Positions 49,237-61,508 of a DNA stretch of 64,000 nucleotides are shown piece after piece. The stretch's first letter is position 1, and each line of letters starts with the position of its first letter. The notes under the pieces are model-generated. The model ran no database searches and was not told where the DNA came from. It worked only from the letters and a program-made list of their open reading frames with translations. The stretch comes from Trueperaceae bacterium (GTDB taxonomy: Bacteria; Deinococcota; Deinococci; Deinococcales; Trueperaceae), in assembly GCA_965213705.1 (NCBI GenBank), contig OZ243913.1:1120001-1184000 (forward strand), read 5' to 3'. The position numbers and the translations under genes were made by a program.

Positions 49237-49968
49237 TTAGGTGTATTGCCCCCCATTTACTCTCAAAGTTTCGCCTGTGACGTACGAAGACATTCGCGGT
49301 GACAGCAGGTAAGCTATGGCCCAGGCGACCTCTTCAGGGCGGCCGAACCTATTGAAGGGAATCTGTTTGAGGATTTTTTCTTTGACTGTTTCAGGCAGGT
49401 GCTCCACCATGTCGGTGGCGATAAAGCCTGGCGCGACCACGTTCGCTCTTACGTTGTACCTCGAGGCTTCAAGCGCCAAAGCTTTGGTCATGCCGATGAC
49501 GCCGGCTTTGGCCGCGGCGTAGTTGACCTGTCCCAAATTGCCCCGCTCACCGACGATTGAACTGACCGTGACGACGGCTCCTGCTTTTCGCTCGTAAAGC
49601 CTCCGTACAGTGGCTTGTAGGGTGTTGAAAACCCCTGTCAAGTTTGTGTCCAAAACTTCGTCCCACTGTTTTTTGTCCAGTTTGGTGAAGAAGTTGTCCT
49701 GGTTGATGCCGGCGTTCGCCACGACCCCGTAAATGGGTCCCAGCTCGGTTTCGACGCCGCTGACGGCTTTTTCCAACTCAGCCGAATCGGTAACGTCTGC
49801 GGCTACATAGTGTCCGTAAGCGCTCGAAGGCGGCGTCCTGCTGAGATGGGCAACTTTTGCGCCCAGCGTCTCGAGCAATCTTACCGTCGCTTCGCCAATC
49901 CCTCTACTACCGCCGGTCACCAAAATGACTTTACCCTCGAGGTCTAACAAAACCTGATACCCCCTCAT
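49237..49968 (-). CDS. FabG/PhaB-like SDR (beta-ketoacyl or acetoacetyl reductase)
   Basis: TGGSRGIG, GNLGQVNYAAAKAG and PGFIATDM motifs. Confidence 0.88.
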   Translation of the reverse strand: MRGYQVLLDLEGKVILVTGGSRGIGEATVRLLETLGAKVAHLSRTPPSSAYGHYVAADVTDSAELEKAVSGVETELGPIYGVVANAGINQDNFFTKLDKKQWDEVLDTNLTGVFNTLQATVRRLYERKAGAVVTVSSIVGERGNLGQVNYAAAKAGVIGMTKALALEASRYNVRANVVAPGFIATDMVEHLPETVKEKILKQIPFNRFGRPEEVAWAIAYLLSPRMSSYVTGETLRVNGGQYT

Positions 49969-50123
49969 CGCTGGTTACTGCGGCTTCGACTCTCATGACA
50001 ACGGTGTAACGACGGTGATGTCCCACCATCTCTGCGCTAAAAGGAGACGGGTCGGGACCGACGTTTCTGCCCGCACTGAAAACGAACTGAGTTTGGGTCG
50101 CTCTCGGGTAAGCCATAAGTCTT

Positions 50124-50798
50124 TCAACGTATCACTCTTTTCAAGGTGACAAAAGCCTCGGCCGCTTCCAAACCGACTTGCCGTCCGCGGTGTCGCGCGG
50201 CGATTTTTACAGCCTCGACCGACCGAGTATGCGGCTCTTCGCGCACCTCTTCCGCGTAACACCGGTAGGCTTGCAGCAGCGTGTCGAGCTGGGGAGCGAT
50301 ATTGACGTAAGTGTCCGGCAGGAAGGGTGCGCCCAGCGTCGGGTGAGACCACTCGGTTGAACTGTTCACTTCGAAAGCGTAGACAGCCGCGTACGTTTCC
50401 TGAGGTTGAGGTCGAAAGGCCGTCAGGGTGGCGCGGCAGGTCAGGTGATGGTCGATGTTGAGGTCGCCGCCGTGGTGGGTGTAAACGAGCGACGGGTTGA
50501 CAGCCTGTTTGGCCTGTTCGACGAGTCTTGCGATTCTGAGCAGCGGCACCGTGTCGAAAGCGTTGTCGGGAAGCGTCTCGAAGCCGACGATGTCGGCACC
50601 CAAGACCTTGCACGCGGCTTGGGCGGCGCGTTTGCGGCTCTCCGCAGCCCGAGCGTCCTGACCCCGAGACCCGACGCCGTCGGCCAAAAACAGGACCCCA
50701 ACACTGTTGCCCTGCTCGGTGTGGCGCAGGATGGTTCCACCCATCCCTAGGACTTCGTCGTCCGGGTGAGCGGCGACGACAAGCACGCGCTCAGCCAT
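50124..50798 (-). CDS. PIG-L family deacetylase
   Basis: AHPDDE and GDLNIDH motifs. Confidence 0.9.
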   Translation of the reverse strand: MAERVLVVAAHPDDEVLGMGGTILRHTEQGNSVGVLFLADGVGSRGQDARAAESRKRAAQAACKVLGADIVGFETLPDNAFDTVPLLRIARLVEQAKQAVNPSLVYTHHGGDLNIDHHLTCRATLTAFRPQPQETYAAVYAFEVNSSTEWSHPTLGAPFLPDTYVNIAPQLDTLLQAYRCYAEEVREEPHTRSVEAVKIAARHRGRQVGLEAAEAFVTLKRVIR

Positions 50799-51531
50799 CT
50801 TTGCGTTCCGTGATTTTCACGTCGGCGACGACGCTGCCTTGTTTACGGGAGGCTCGAGAGAACTCGAGCCTGAACACGCCCACCTCTAAAAAGGCCGGTG
50901 GGTAGCCTTCGGCGTCCAACATGCGGATGTAGTCGAACACTTTGTCCAAACTCGCGAGTTTTTTCAAGTCGCCCTCTTCCGGCTTGCGGCGCTTGAAAAC
51001 GGTGGACTCACCCGTTTGTGGCCGGGGCTCGGGCTGTGTCTCGAGGATTTCCAAAATCATCTCTTCGACGATACGCGAAGCTCGCAAGAAAATTTCCTCA
51101 GCAGCGCCGTAGAGCGACAAGTCTTTTTTGAGGTAGACCGGGCCTGCGTCGAGGCCCTGCACGCACTGCAGCGCGCTCAGTTTGGTGTGGTAAATACCGC
51201 GGGCGATGAGGTTTTGGAGCGGGCTGCCGCCGCGCCCGAAGGGAACGTCGGTCATGTGAAAGATGACGCACTCGTAGCGGGTATAAACGTCCTCTGGGAT
51301 AATGTGAGACCAGTGGGGAAAGAAAACGAACCGAGGCTCAAGTTTTTCCAACAGCTCAACGGTGAGGTCTTCTTGCTTCGTGACCAGCGTGACGTTCTGG
51401 CCGGTGCGTTTCCTTAAACGCTCCGCCAGCGCCTCGTGCCAGGGCCGCTGGCTGGCTAGGACGAACGTTTCGAGGTTTCGCTCCGTGCGTGGCAATTGCG
51501 TATGGTTCACAAAGACTTCAGGCTTGCTCAT
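50791..51531 (-). CDS. Formyltransferase (Fmt-like, sugar N-formyltransferase type)
   Basis: FPHWS, FHMTD.P.GRGGSPLQN, LDAG and IRMLDAEGYP motifs. Confidence 0.88.
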   Translation of the reverse strand: MSKPEVFVNHTQLPRTERNLETFVLASQRPWHEALAERLRKRTGQNVTLVTKQEDLTVELLEKLEPRFVFFPHWSHIIPEDVYTRYECVIFHMTDVPFGRGGSPLQNLIARGIYHTKLSALQCVQGLDAGPVYLKKDLSLYGAAEEIFLRASRIVEEMILEILETQPEPRPQTGESTVFKRRKPEEGDLKKLASLDKVFDYIRMLDAEGYPPAFLEVGVFRLEFSRASRKQGSVVADVKITERKDG

Positions 51532-52073
51532 TGGTCTCTTTCGTAGACGCGGCGGTATATTTTTTCTCGCCACTCCCTGTCCCAGTCGCGTTTGAAAAAG
51601 GCGATACGGTAGATGTCGAGATAGCCTTCAGGGGTCAAGTGATGCTCCTTGAATACGCCTTCGACGGCAAAACCGAACTTTTTATGAAACCTGAGCACGG
51701 CTTCGTTGTTTGAAAGCACCTCGGCGTTGAGTTTGTTGAGGTTTAAAGTGTCGAAGGCGTGCGAAAGTGCCAAATACTCCATCTGTGAACCGACGCCGGG
51801 TCTCGAGCCAACGCCAGAATAAAAGCCCCAAAAAGCTAATTTGTTCCGGTAACTGATGTCTATAAAATAAACGACGCCGAGCGGCACGCCTCCTTCGTCC
51901 ACACAGACGAAGTAAGCTTTGCTCGGGTCGGAAGCGACTTTTGCAAAATAGGCGTAGTGTTCTTCACGGGTAATTTCGTGCGTCGTGTACATTTTCTCAC
52001 GAATAGCAGGTCGGTTGCGCCACTCGAGAACGAGGGGCAGGTCGTCGTCTTCGACAGGTCTCAGTGCGAACAT
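51528..52073 (-). CDS. pseH: UDP-4-amino-4,6-dideoxy-AltNAc N-acyltransferase
   Basis: WRN...R..M, I..EEH, WGFY, L.KL..EV...N and KFGF motifs. Confidence 0.85.
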   Translation of the reverse strand: MFALRPVEDDDLPLVLEWRNRPAIREKMYTTHEITREEHYAYFAKVASDPSKAYFVCVDEGGVPLGVVYFIDISYRNKLAFWGFYSGVGSRPGVGSQMEYLALSHAFDTLNLNKLNAEVLSNNEAVLRFHKKFGFAVEGVFKEHHLTPEGYLDIYRIAFFKRDWDREWREKIYRRVYERDQ

Positions 52074-53104
52074 TTCAATCCTTCCAGCGCCGTGACGACA
52101 CGGTGCCTACCCGCACCGTCGACGAGGGTCATGCCCTTTTCCGCCAAAGCCCTCAAGTCGTTTATCGAGACTACGGCCTCATGGATGGCTTGAAGGTAGT
52201 CGATACGTTTGCGGCTCACGTCACCCAGGTAAACGAGGTAGCCCAGCTTCGCGAGCCGTTCGCAAAAAGGAACTTGGTGTTCTGAAATGGCGACGGTCAA
52301 CGTCGGGAGTCCCAAGCAGCAGCGCTCCCACAGCGTAGAGCCGCCGGCACCCAAGCACAAGTCCGCTTGGGCCATTAGAACCGCCATCTGCTGGGTCTGC
52401 GTGTGAAGGCGAACGTCGGGTAAAGCTTCAACTAAGTTTTTGACCTCGTCCAGGGCCGGATGAGACGCGCCCACGACGCAGTCGATGTGAAGCTCAAATT
52501 TTGCGTCAGCCGCCTGCAACTGCCGCAAAACCTCGACGGTTTCGCCGGTCGGGTCGCTGCCCCCGAACGACAGCAGCAGTCGCTCAGGCTTGCCCTGCCG
52601 CTTGGCTAAGCGGGCTCGAGCCGCCGCAAATTCGGATCTTAGAAGCGCATACTCAGGCCCTAACAGCTTGGTGCAGTGGCTGGGTATCAGGGCGTCGTAG
52701 CGCGTAGTGTCGATGGCGAAATTTTGGTCGAGCAGCAAGTCGCACCTGTGCGGGCGGTCAGCCAGGTCGTCGATGACCATGAGGCGTTTCGTGTGGGGAC
52801 GCAACTGCGTTTCCCACGCTTCGTCTAAACCGTAGTGGTCTACGACGAGCCAGTCCACGGAAGCGTTCTGCAGGTAAACGGCACTTTGACGGGCATCCTC
52901 TTCGTGTGAACCAGCCTTGGGCAAAAGGTGTACCGGAAAGCCCTTTTCACTTTCGATGAACTTTGTTAGGTCGCCTTCAGCCTCGCGGCAGATAAATTCG
53001 GCGTGGTGCCCCTGCGTTCGCAACGCCTCGGCCAAGGTGAGACAGCGCATCACGTGGCCCGTACCGATGGCTACAGAAGCGTCCGCGCGGACAACGACCC
53101 TCAC
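52061..53104 (-). CDS. pseG: UDP-2,4-diacetamido-2,4,6-trideoxy-beta-L-altropyranose hydrolase
   Basis: RADAS..IGTGHVMRC, VDHY, IDDL, FGGSD and AGGST.WE motifs. Confidence 0.9.
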   Translation of the reverse strand: MRVVVRADASVAIGTGHVMRCLTLAEALRTQGHHAEFICREAEGDLTKFIESEKGFPVHLLPKAGSHEEDARQSAVYLQNASVDWLVVDHYGLDEAWETQLRPHTKRLMVIDDLADRPHRCDLLLDQNFAIDTTRYDALIPSHCTKLLGPEYALLRSEFAAARARLAKRQGKPERLLLSFGGSDPTGETVEVLRQLQAADAKFELHIDCVVGASHPALDEVKNLVEALPDVRLHTQTQQMAVLMAQADLCLGAGGSTLWERCCLGLPTLTVAISEHQVPFCERLAKLGYLVYLGDVSRKRIDYLQAIHEAVVSINDLRALAEKGMTLVDGAGRHRVVTALEGLKCSH

Positions 53105-53838
53105 GGGCCGACCTTCTTTTGTTCGACGTGGCGGTTTGAGTCCGACCATTCGGGACGTTTCGCTAACAAGCTCAGCACGTCCTGATAGGAAAAAGCTGGG
53201 TTCGTAGGGTACAGCGCGCCGTATATCCTGCTGACGAGTTCGAAGTCTTCGGGCGTGTCCACGGTCCAGCGCAGGTCGCTGTGATTCTCAGGAGCCACCA
53301 CGTCGAGCAGCCGGAAGCGCCGAGGTTGCCGCCAAATGAAGGGCGTGACGTGCTCGCGCTCGGGTGGGGTAGTGGCTTCGTGAAAAGCGGCCTCGAGCGC
53401 CGCCATACTGAACACTTCCGTGTCGAGGCCGCGCGGGTAGCTGCGCCCAAAACCGTTGGAGGCGTAGTCAACCTTGTCAGGAGGCGCGAAAAAACCCATC
53501 ACGCATTTGTCCACGACTTCGGGGGCGATGAGCGGGCAGTCCGAAGTAATCCGCACGACCACGTCGGCGGCGTGTCGCCGCGCCGCGTTGTAGTAGCGCC
53601 CCAACACGTCGTCCTCAGAACCACGAAAAACGTGAACGTTCAGGGCGTTCGTAAGCTCCACAATGGGCTGCTCGCTCCCGTCGTCCGTCGTCGCCACCAC
53701 AATTTCGTCAACCCGTTTGCAGCGTGCCAAGCGCTCGAGCTGCCGCGCCAGCATGGGTTCACCCAGCAGTGGTTTCATGACCTTGCCCGGCAACCGGGTG
53801 GAGCCCATGCGAGCTTGGACGATGGCGACGACTTTCAT
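53101..53838 (-). CDS. pseF: Nonulosonate cytidylyltransferase (SpsF/PseF-type)
   Basis: QARMGSTRLPGK, RITSDCP, REHVT and RWTVDTPED motifs. Confidence 0.8.
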   Translation of the reverse strand: MKVVAIVQARMGSTRLPGKVMKPLLGEPMLARQLERLARCKRVDEIVVATTDDGSEQPIVELTNALNVHVFRGSEDDVLGRYYNAARRHAADVVVRITSDCPLIAPEVVDKCVMGFFAPPDKVDYASNGFGRSYPRGLDTEVFSMAALEAAFHEATTPPEREHVTPFIWRQPRRFRLLDVVAPENHSDLRWTVDTPEDFELVSRIYGALYPTNPAFSYQDVLSLLAKRPEWSDSNRHVEQKKVGP

Positions 53839-53840
53839 AC

Positions 53841-55977
<2,137 letters not shown>

Positions 55978-56083
55978 CTAATAACGTCTGGGTTTTTGTG
56001 TGCTGAAACAGCTTCGTCAAACTTGCACACAGTAGCTTAGCCCAACGGTAGCTTGGACCGACAGGGTATCTTAGCCCACCCGT

Positions 56084-57241
56084 TCAGTGTTTGGATACGG
56101 CAGCTCGGACAGCATCCATAACCCGCCTTTGCGCCTCCAGCTCTATTTCCGGCCACAGCGGCAAGCTCAGGACCTGTTCGCCCAAGCGCCGGCTCACCGG
56201 GTTTGCGGGGAATCGGCCCCTGAAAACGGGCAACTCGTCCTGCGGCAACGGGTAGTAAACGACCGTGCTGACACCCCGCTCGGCAAGCTCAGCCTGCACC
56301 GCGTCCCGGTTCGCACCGGTAAAGCGCAGCGTGTACTGGTGAAACACGTGCCCCGCGGAAACGGTCGGCGTGACGACGCCGCGGAGCCCGTCGAAAAGCG
56401 CGTTGTAGCGTTCGGCCGCCCGAACGCGCTGCCGGTTCCACCTGTCAACGTGCGGCAGCTTGACCCGGAGGAGGGCGGCCTGCAGGCTGTCGAGGCGTGA
56501 GTTGTAGCCCAGCATCTCGTTCGAATAACGCACTTTGCTGCCGTGGTTGCGCAACATCCGCGCCAGCTCCGCCGTTTCATCGTCGTCGGTGACGAACATG
56601 CCGGCGTCGCCGAAGGCGCCCAAGTTCTTCGTAGGGTAAAACGAAAACGCGCCCGCGTCGCCTAAAGTGCCGGTGTGCTTGCCGAGAAGTTCCGGCGCGG
56701 GATTGGCGGTTTCTGTGCCACAGTAGCGCGCGCCGAACGATTGGGCGCAATCCTCGAGCACTTTTAAACCATAAGCCTCGGCCACCTCCATAACCCGCGT
56801 CATGGCGGCGGGGTTGCCGTAGAGGTGAACGGGCAAAATCGCTCTAGTGCGTTTGGTGACGGCGGCCTCGAGCTGGTCCGGGTCCAGGTTGAAGGTGCGC
56901 TCGTCTACGTCGACAAAAACGGGCGTCGCGCCGACGGAGCTGATGGCTTCGGCGGTCGCGAAAAAACTGAACGAGGTGGTGACTACTTCGTCGCCCGGCA
57001 CGATGCCGAGGGCGCGGAGGCCGATAAGCAGGGCGTCGGTGCCGGAGTTCAGCCCGACCGCGTGTTTGACGCCGAGATAGCGCGCCACTTCCTCTTCGAA
57101 GGCCCGAACCTCTTCACCCAAAACGAACTGGTTTGAACGCAGCACGCGCTGCACGGCCGCGTTGAACTCGTCCCACAGCTCGTTCAACTGCGGGCTGAGG
57201 TCCAGCATCGGAACCGGTTTGACTCGGGTGTCGGCGCTCAT
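56084..57241 (-). CDS. DegT/DnrJ/EryC1/StrS aminotransferase
   Basis: NSGTDAL, EDCAQ, SFYPTKNLG..GD.G and GYNSRLD motifs. Confidence 0.92.
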   Translation of the reverse strand: MSADTRVKPVPMLDLSPQLNELWDEFNAAVQRVLRSNQFVLGEEVRAFEEEVARYLGVKHAVGLNSGTDALLIGLRALGIVPGDEVVTTSFSFFATAEAISSVGATPVFVDVDERTFNLDPDQLEAAVTKRTRAILPVHLYGNPAAMTRVMEVAEAYGLKVLEDCAQSFGARYCGTETANPAPELLGKHTGTLGDAGAFSFYPTKNLGAFGDAGMFVTDDDETAELARMLRNHGSKVRYSNEMLGYNSRLDSLQAALLRVKLPHVDRWNRQRVRAAERYNALFDGLRGVVTPTVSAGHVFHQYTLRFTGANRDAVQAELAERGVSTVVYYPLPQDELPVFRGRFPANPVSRRLGEQVLSLPLWPEIELEAQRRVMDAVRAAVSKH

Positions 57242-57380
57242 GGTGCCCTTTCGGAGAGTTTCCCGCCGCGCGGGCGGCTCGCTTCACCATAGCATCGCCG
57301 GCACCGGGTCGACTGCAAAGCGCAGTAGCTTTTCGGCGGACTCTTGCCGCAAGTGCGCTAAACTGTGGCTCGAGGTCTTT

Positions 57381-58373
57381 ATGACAGACACCGTCAGACC
57401 ACCCGAGAGCGAAACTTTTCCGGAAAGCCCGAGAAATCCGGGCGGGCCGCTCGAGCCCGCCCTCTTCGAAGACGCGCGCGTCAACCTGTCGGCCGTCGAG
57501 CGCCGCACCTCTAGCTTAACGGGTCGGCGCAGCGTCAAAAAAGAGTGGCAGGCCGCCTGGCTTCTGAAAGCCGTCACCTGCATCGACCTGACTACTTTGG
57601 CCAGCGACGACACGCCGGGCCGGGTGCGCCGCTTGTGCGCCAAGGCGCGCCGACCCGTGCGGGAGGATATTTTGGAAGCCCTCGGCATGGCGGACGCGGG
57701 CCTCATGGTTGGGGCGGTCTGCGTTTACCCGACGATGGTGCCGCACGCGGTGAAAGCTTTAGAGGGCTCGAGCATCCCCGTCGCCTCGGTCGCCACGGGT
57801 TTTCCGGCGGGACTCACGCCCTTGAAGCAGCGCTTGGAGGAAATCCGTTACGCCGTGGGTGAGGGTGCTCACGAAATCGACATCGTCATCACCCGCGAAC
57901 ACGCGCTGTTGGGCCACTGGCAAGCCCTGTACGACGAGGTCGCTGCCATGCGCGAGGCTTGCGGCGAGGCGCACCTCAAAACGATTCTGGCGACCGGCGA
58001 ACTCGGACACTTGCGCAACGTCTACAAGGCGAGCATGGTCTGCATGATGGCCGGGGCGGACTTTATCAAAACCTCGACCGGCAAGGAGACCGAGAACGCC
58101 ACGCTGCCGGTCACGCTCATCATGCTGCGGGCGATTCGGGATTACTTAGAACACACCGGTTTTCAGGTCGGCTTCAAACCCGCGGGCGGCATCCGCACGG
58201 CCAAAGATGCCCTCGCCTGGCTCACCCTCATAAAGGAGGAGTTGGGGCGGGACTGGTTGGAACCCGAGCTGTTCCGCATCGGGGCGAGCAGCTTGTTGGG
58301 GGACATCGAGCGGCAGTTGGAACACTTTGTGACCGGGCGCTATTCGGCGGGTTTTCGGCAGCCGCTGGCGTGA
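57381..58373 (+). CDS. deoC: Deoxyribose-phosphate aldolase (long, DERA-type)
   Basis: IDLTTL, AVCVYP, GFPAG, EIDIV, DFIKTSTGK, KPAGGI and RIGASSLL motifs. Confidence 0.95.
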   Translation: MTDTVRPPESETFPESPRNPGGPLEPALFEDARVNLSAVERRTSSLTGRRSVKKEWQAAWLLKAVTCIDLTTLASDDTPGRVRRLCAKARRPVREDILEALGMADAGLMVGAVCVYPTMVPHAVKALEGSSIPVASVATGFPAGLTPLKQRLEEIRYAVGEGAHEIDIVITREHALLGHWQALYDEVAAMREACGEAHLKTILATGELGHLRNVYKASMVCMMAGADFIKTSTGKETENATLPVTLIMLRAIRDYLEHTGFQVGFKPAGGIRTAKDALAWLTLIKEELGRDWLEPELFRIGASSLLGDIERQLEHFVTGRYSAGFRQPLA

Positions 58374-58382
58374 GGAGGACAC

Positions 58383-58661
58383 ATGACCATCAAAGAATCG
58401 ACTCTCAAAGAGCGCGTGCTCAAGCGCATCGAAAAGATGGATGAAGAGACCCTGGAAAAACTCGAGCTGCGCCTCGACGAGTTGACGAAACCCTCGCCCG
58501 AAGAGATAGAACGTCGCTTAGAGGCTTGGCGTGGCATCTTCGGCTTACTCTCCGATCCCGAAGACTATGCGGAGTTCGAAGAACATGCGCGTCGTCGCTC
58601 ACTGTTTGGAGGGCGCACGCTCGACTTGGAGCCGGATGCCGAGGACTCGAGCTCATCTTGA
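58383..58661 (+). CDS. Putative antitoxin
   Basis: 92-aa charged ORF with a GAGGAGG RBS; its stop overlaps the PIN gene start. Confidence 0.7.
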   Translation: MTIKESTLKERVLKRIEKMDEETLEKLELRLDELTKPSPEEIERRLEAWRGIFGLLSDPEDYAEFEEHARRRSLFGGRTLDLEPDAEDSSSS

Positions 58662-59059
58662 CACTTTATACGCTCGATACCAACGTCGTTGCTGCTCTCC
58701 TAAAGGGGGATAAACAAGTGATGGCCCAGCTGGAAATACGTGTCGCTGCGGGTCATGACGTAATGCTCAACGCGCTAAGTTACTACGAAACACAACGTGG
58801 GCTGACACCACAGCACACTAGAAAAAGCGTACGTTTCGAGGTGTTGACCCTCGAGGCCGGGATGCTCAATCTTGACCGAGCAGCGCTCGACTTCGCCGCT
58901 GATACCTACCAAGACCTTCGCCGCAAAGGCACGCCCCTCGAGGACGCCGACATCCTCATCGCGGGCATCGCTCTTGCCCACGACGCCACCCTAGTCACGC
59001 GCAACACCAAACACTTTGCACGGGTTGAAGGGCTCAGGCTCGAGGATTGGGAGAATTGA
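58658..59059 (+). CDS. VapC/PIN-domain toxin
   Basis: LDTN, YE..RG, D.LIA..AL and LVTRNTKHF motifs; TTG start. Confidence 0.9.
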   Translation: MTLYTLDTNVVAALLKGDKQVMAQLEIRVAAGHDVMLNALSYYETQRGLTPQHTRKSVRFEVLTLEAGMLNLDRAALDFAADTYQDLRRKGTPLEDADILIAGIALAHDATLVTRNTKHFARVEGLRLEDWEN

Positions 59060-59075
59060 CTGTGGAGGTGATTGC

Positions 59076-61484
59076 ATGACCGTGAAAGAGGTTTTCGAAA
59101 CGATGGACTACGGCCCCGCCCCCGAAAGCGCTGACCTGGCGATAGCTTGGCTCGAGCGCCACAAGCGCACTTTCGAGCTTTTCATTGGCGGCAAGTTCGT
59201 CAAACCCGCGGCGGGCGAGTATTTTGAGACGATTAACCCCGCCGACGAAACTGTTCTGGCGAAAGTCGCGCAGGGCGACGCATCAGACATCGACAAGGCC
59301 GTCAAGGCGGCGCGGGCAGCGCAGGGCGAGTGGACGGGGTTGTCGGGACACGCACGGGCTCGCTACCTCTACGCGCTGGCGCGGCACGTGCAAAAGCACT
59401 CGAGGCTCTTGGCCGTTTTAGAAACCCTCGACAACGGCAAACCGATTCGCGAGACGCGCGACTTGGATATTCCGCTGGTGGCGCGGCACTTTTACCACCA
59501 CGCGGGTTGGGCGCAGCTTTTGGGCAGCGAGTTTGAAGGCTACGAGCCGGTCGGCGTGTGCGGACAGATTATCCCCTGGAACTTTCCGCTGCTGATGCTC
59601 GCCTGGAAAATCGCGCCCGCCCTCGCCGCGGGGAATACAGTTGTTCTCAAACCCGCCGAGTTCACGCCGCTCACGGCGCTCGCTTTCGCCGAAATTTGCC
59701 AGGAGGTCGGGCTGCCGCCGGGCGTGGTCAACATCGTTACGGGCGACGGGACGACGGGCGCGGCCCTGGTCGAGCACAGCGGCGTCGATAAGCTCGCCTT
59801 CACCGGCTCGACCGAGGTCGGGCGGCTTATCCGCGAGAAGAGTGCGGGCAGCGGTAAGAAGCTGTCACTCGAGCTGGGCGGCAAGTCGCCCTTCATCATT
59901 TTCGAAGATGCCGATATAGACAGCGCCGTCGAGGGCGTGGTGGACGCGATTTGGTTCAACCAGGGCGAGGTCTGCTGCGCGGGCTCACGACTGCTCGTGC
60001 AAGAAGGGATTGCCGAGAAAGTCCACCGCAAACTTCTCGCGCGTATGGAAAAGCTTCGCGTCGGCAACCCGCTCGATAAGGCGGTCGACATGGGCGCGGT
60101 CGTCGCGGCGGTGCAGTTGCAAAAAATTCGCCGACTCGTCGAAGAAGGTAAAGCAGAGGGCTTGGCCTGTTACCAACCTTCGTGGTCGGTGCCGGAAACG
60201 GGCTACTACTACCCGCCGACCCTGTTCACCGACGTCGACCCGGCCTCCACGGTCGCGCAGGTCGAAATCTTCGGCCCGGTGATGGCCTCGACGACCTTCC
60301 GCACCCCGGACGAGGCTGTTCTGCTTGCCAACAACACGCGCTACGGCCTGGCGGCTTCGGTGTGGACCGAGAACGTCAACTTGGCCCTCGACGTTGCGCC
60401 GCAACTCAAGGCGGGCGTGGTGTGGATAAACTCGACCAACCTGTTCGACGCGGCGGCGGGCTTCGGCGGTTACCGCGAATCCGGCTACGGGCGCGAGGGC
60501 GGCCGTGAGGGCATGTATGAATACCTGGTGCCGTCGTGGGAGAAGGGGCTAAAACCGGTAAGCAGCCAGAAGTCGGCAGAGCGTCCCTTAGCCCCCTTTG
60601 AGGAGGGCCGCTCGAGCGAAGCGCAGATCGGGGGGGTTGGGGTCGACCGCACCCCGAAACTCTACATCGGCGGCAAACAAGCGCGGCCCGACTCGGGTTA
60701 CAGCTACGCCGTTTCAGGTTCCAAAGGCGAGCACTTGGGCGAAGTCGGCCTCGGCAACCGCAAAGACATTCGCAACGCGGTCGAGGCGGCGCGGAAAGCC
60801 GAAGCTTGGTCGCAGGCGACGGCGCACAACCGGGCGCAGGTGCTTTACTACCTGGCCGAGAATTTGGCGGCTCGGGCCCCCGAATTCGAGGCGCGACTCG
60901 TTCAAACGACGGGTGTCACGCGCAAAAAAGCGGCGGCGGAGGTTGAAGCGTCCATTGAGCGCATCTTTTACTACGCCGCCTACGCCGACAAGTACGACGG
61001 GCAGGTTCACGCCACGCCGATTCGCAACGTCACCCTCGCCATGCCCGAGCCTTGGGATGTGATGGGCCTGAGTTGCCCGGATGAAGCGCCGCTGCTGGCT
61101 TTCATTTCGCTGGTCATGCCCGCCGTTGCGATGGGCAACCGGGTCGTGGTGACGCCCTCGACGCGCCATCCGCTCGTCGTCACCGACCTCTACCAGGTCT
61201 TGGACACCTCGGACGTGCCGGGCGGCGTCGTCAACATTGTCACGGGCGACCAGGACGAACTCGCGGAGGTGCTTGCGAAACATGACGAGGTGGCGGCCCT
61301 GTGGTACATCGGCTCGGCGGAAGGTAGCGCCGCGGTCGAGCGCGCGTCAACCGGCAACCTCAAGGCGACCTGGGTGAACTATGGCAAAGCGCGCGACTGG
61401 TTTGATAAGACGCAGGGGCAGGGGCGAGCGTATTTGCGCCGGGCGACGCAGGTGAAAAATATTTGGGTCCCGTACGGCGAATGA
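59076..61484 (+). CDS. Aldehyde dehydrogenase with a duplicated C-terminal ALDH-like domain (ALDH16-type)
   Basis: IIPWNFP, FTGSTEVG, ELGGKSP, catalytic VCCAG, EIFGP; second partial ALDH domain; GGAGG RBS. Confidence 0.92.
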   Translation: MTVKEVFETMDYGPAPESADLAIAWLERHKRTFELFIGGKFVKPAAGEYFETINPADETVLAKVAQGDASDIDKAVKAARAAQGEWTGLSGHARARYLYALARHVQKHSRLLAVLETLDNGKPIRETRDLDIPLVARHFYHHAGWAQLLGSEFEGYEPVGVCGQIIPWNFPLLMLAWKIAPALAAGNTVVLKPAEFTPLTALAFAEICQEVGLPPGVVNIVTGDGTTGAALVEHSGVDKLAFTGSTEVGRLIREKSAGSGKKLSLELGGKSPFIIFEDADIDSAVEGVVDAIWFNQGEVCCAGSRLLVQEGIAEKVHRKLLARMEKLRVGNPLDKAVDMGAVVAAVQLQKIRRLVEEGKAEGLACYQPSWSVPETGYYYPPTLFTDVDPASTVAQVEIFGPVMASTTFRTPDEAVLLANNTRYGLAASVWTENVNLALDVAPQLKAGVVWINSTNLFDAAAGFGGYRESGYGREGGREGMYEYLVPSWEKGLKPVSSQKSAERPLAPFEEGRSSEAQIGGVGVDRTPKLYIGGKQARPDSGYSYAVSGSKGEHLGEVGLGNRKDIRNAVEAARKAEAWSQATAHNRAQVLYYLAENLAARAPEFEARLVQTTGVTRKKAAAEVEASIERIFYYAAYADKYDGQVHATPIRNVTLAMPEPWDVMGLSCPDEAPLLAFISLVMPAVAMGNRVVVTPSTRHPLVVTDLYQVLDTSDVPGGVVNIVTGDQDELAEVLAKHDEVAALWYIGSAEGSAAVERASTGNLKATWVNYGKARDWFDKTQGQGRAYLRRATQVKNIWVPYGE

Positions 61485-61508
61485 GCGCACTGTGCGGTAG
61501 GATGGCGT

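Noticed and set aside
49969..50123. Possible MaoC or ACP remnant between the deacetylase and the SDR
   Set aside because: No frame gives a convincing motif.
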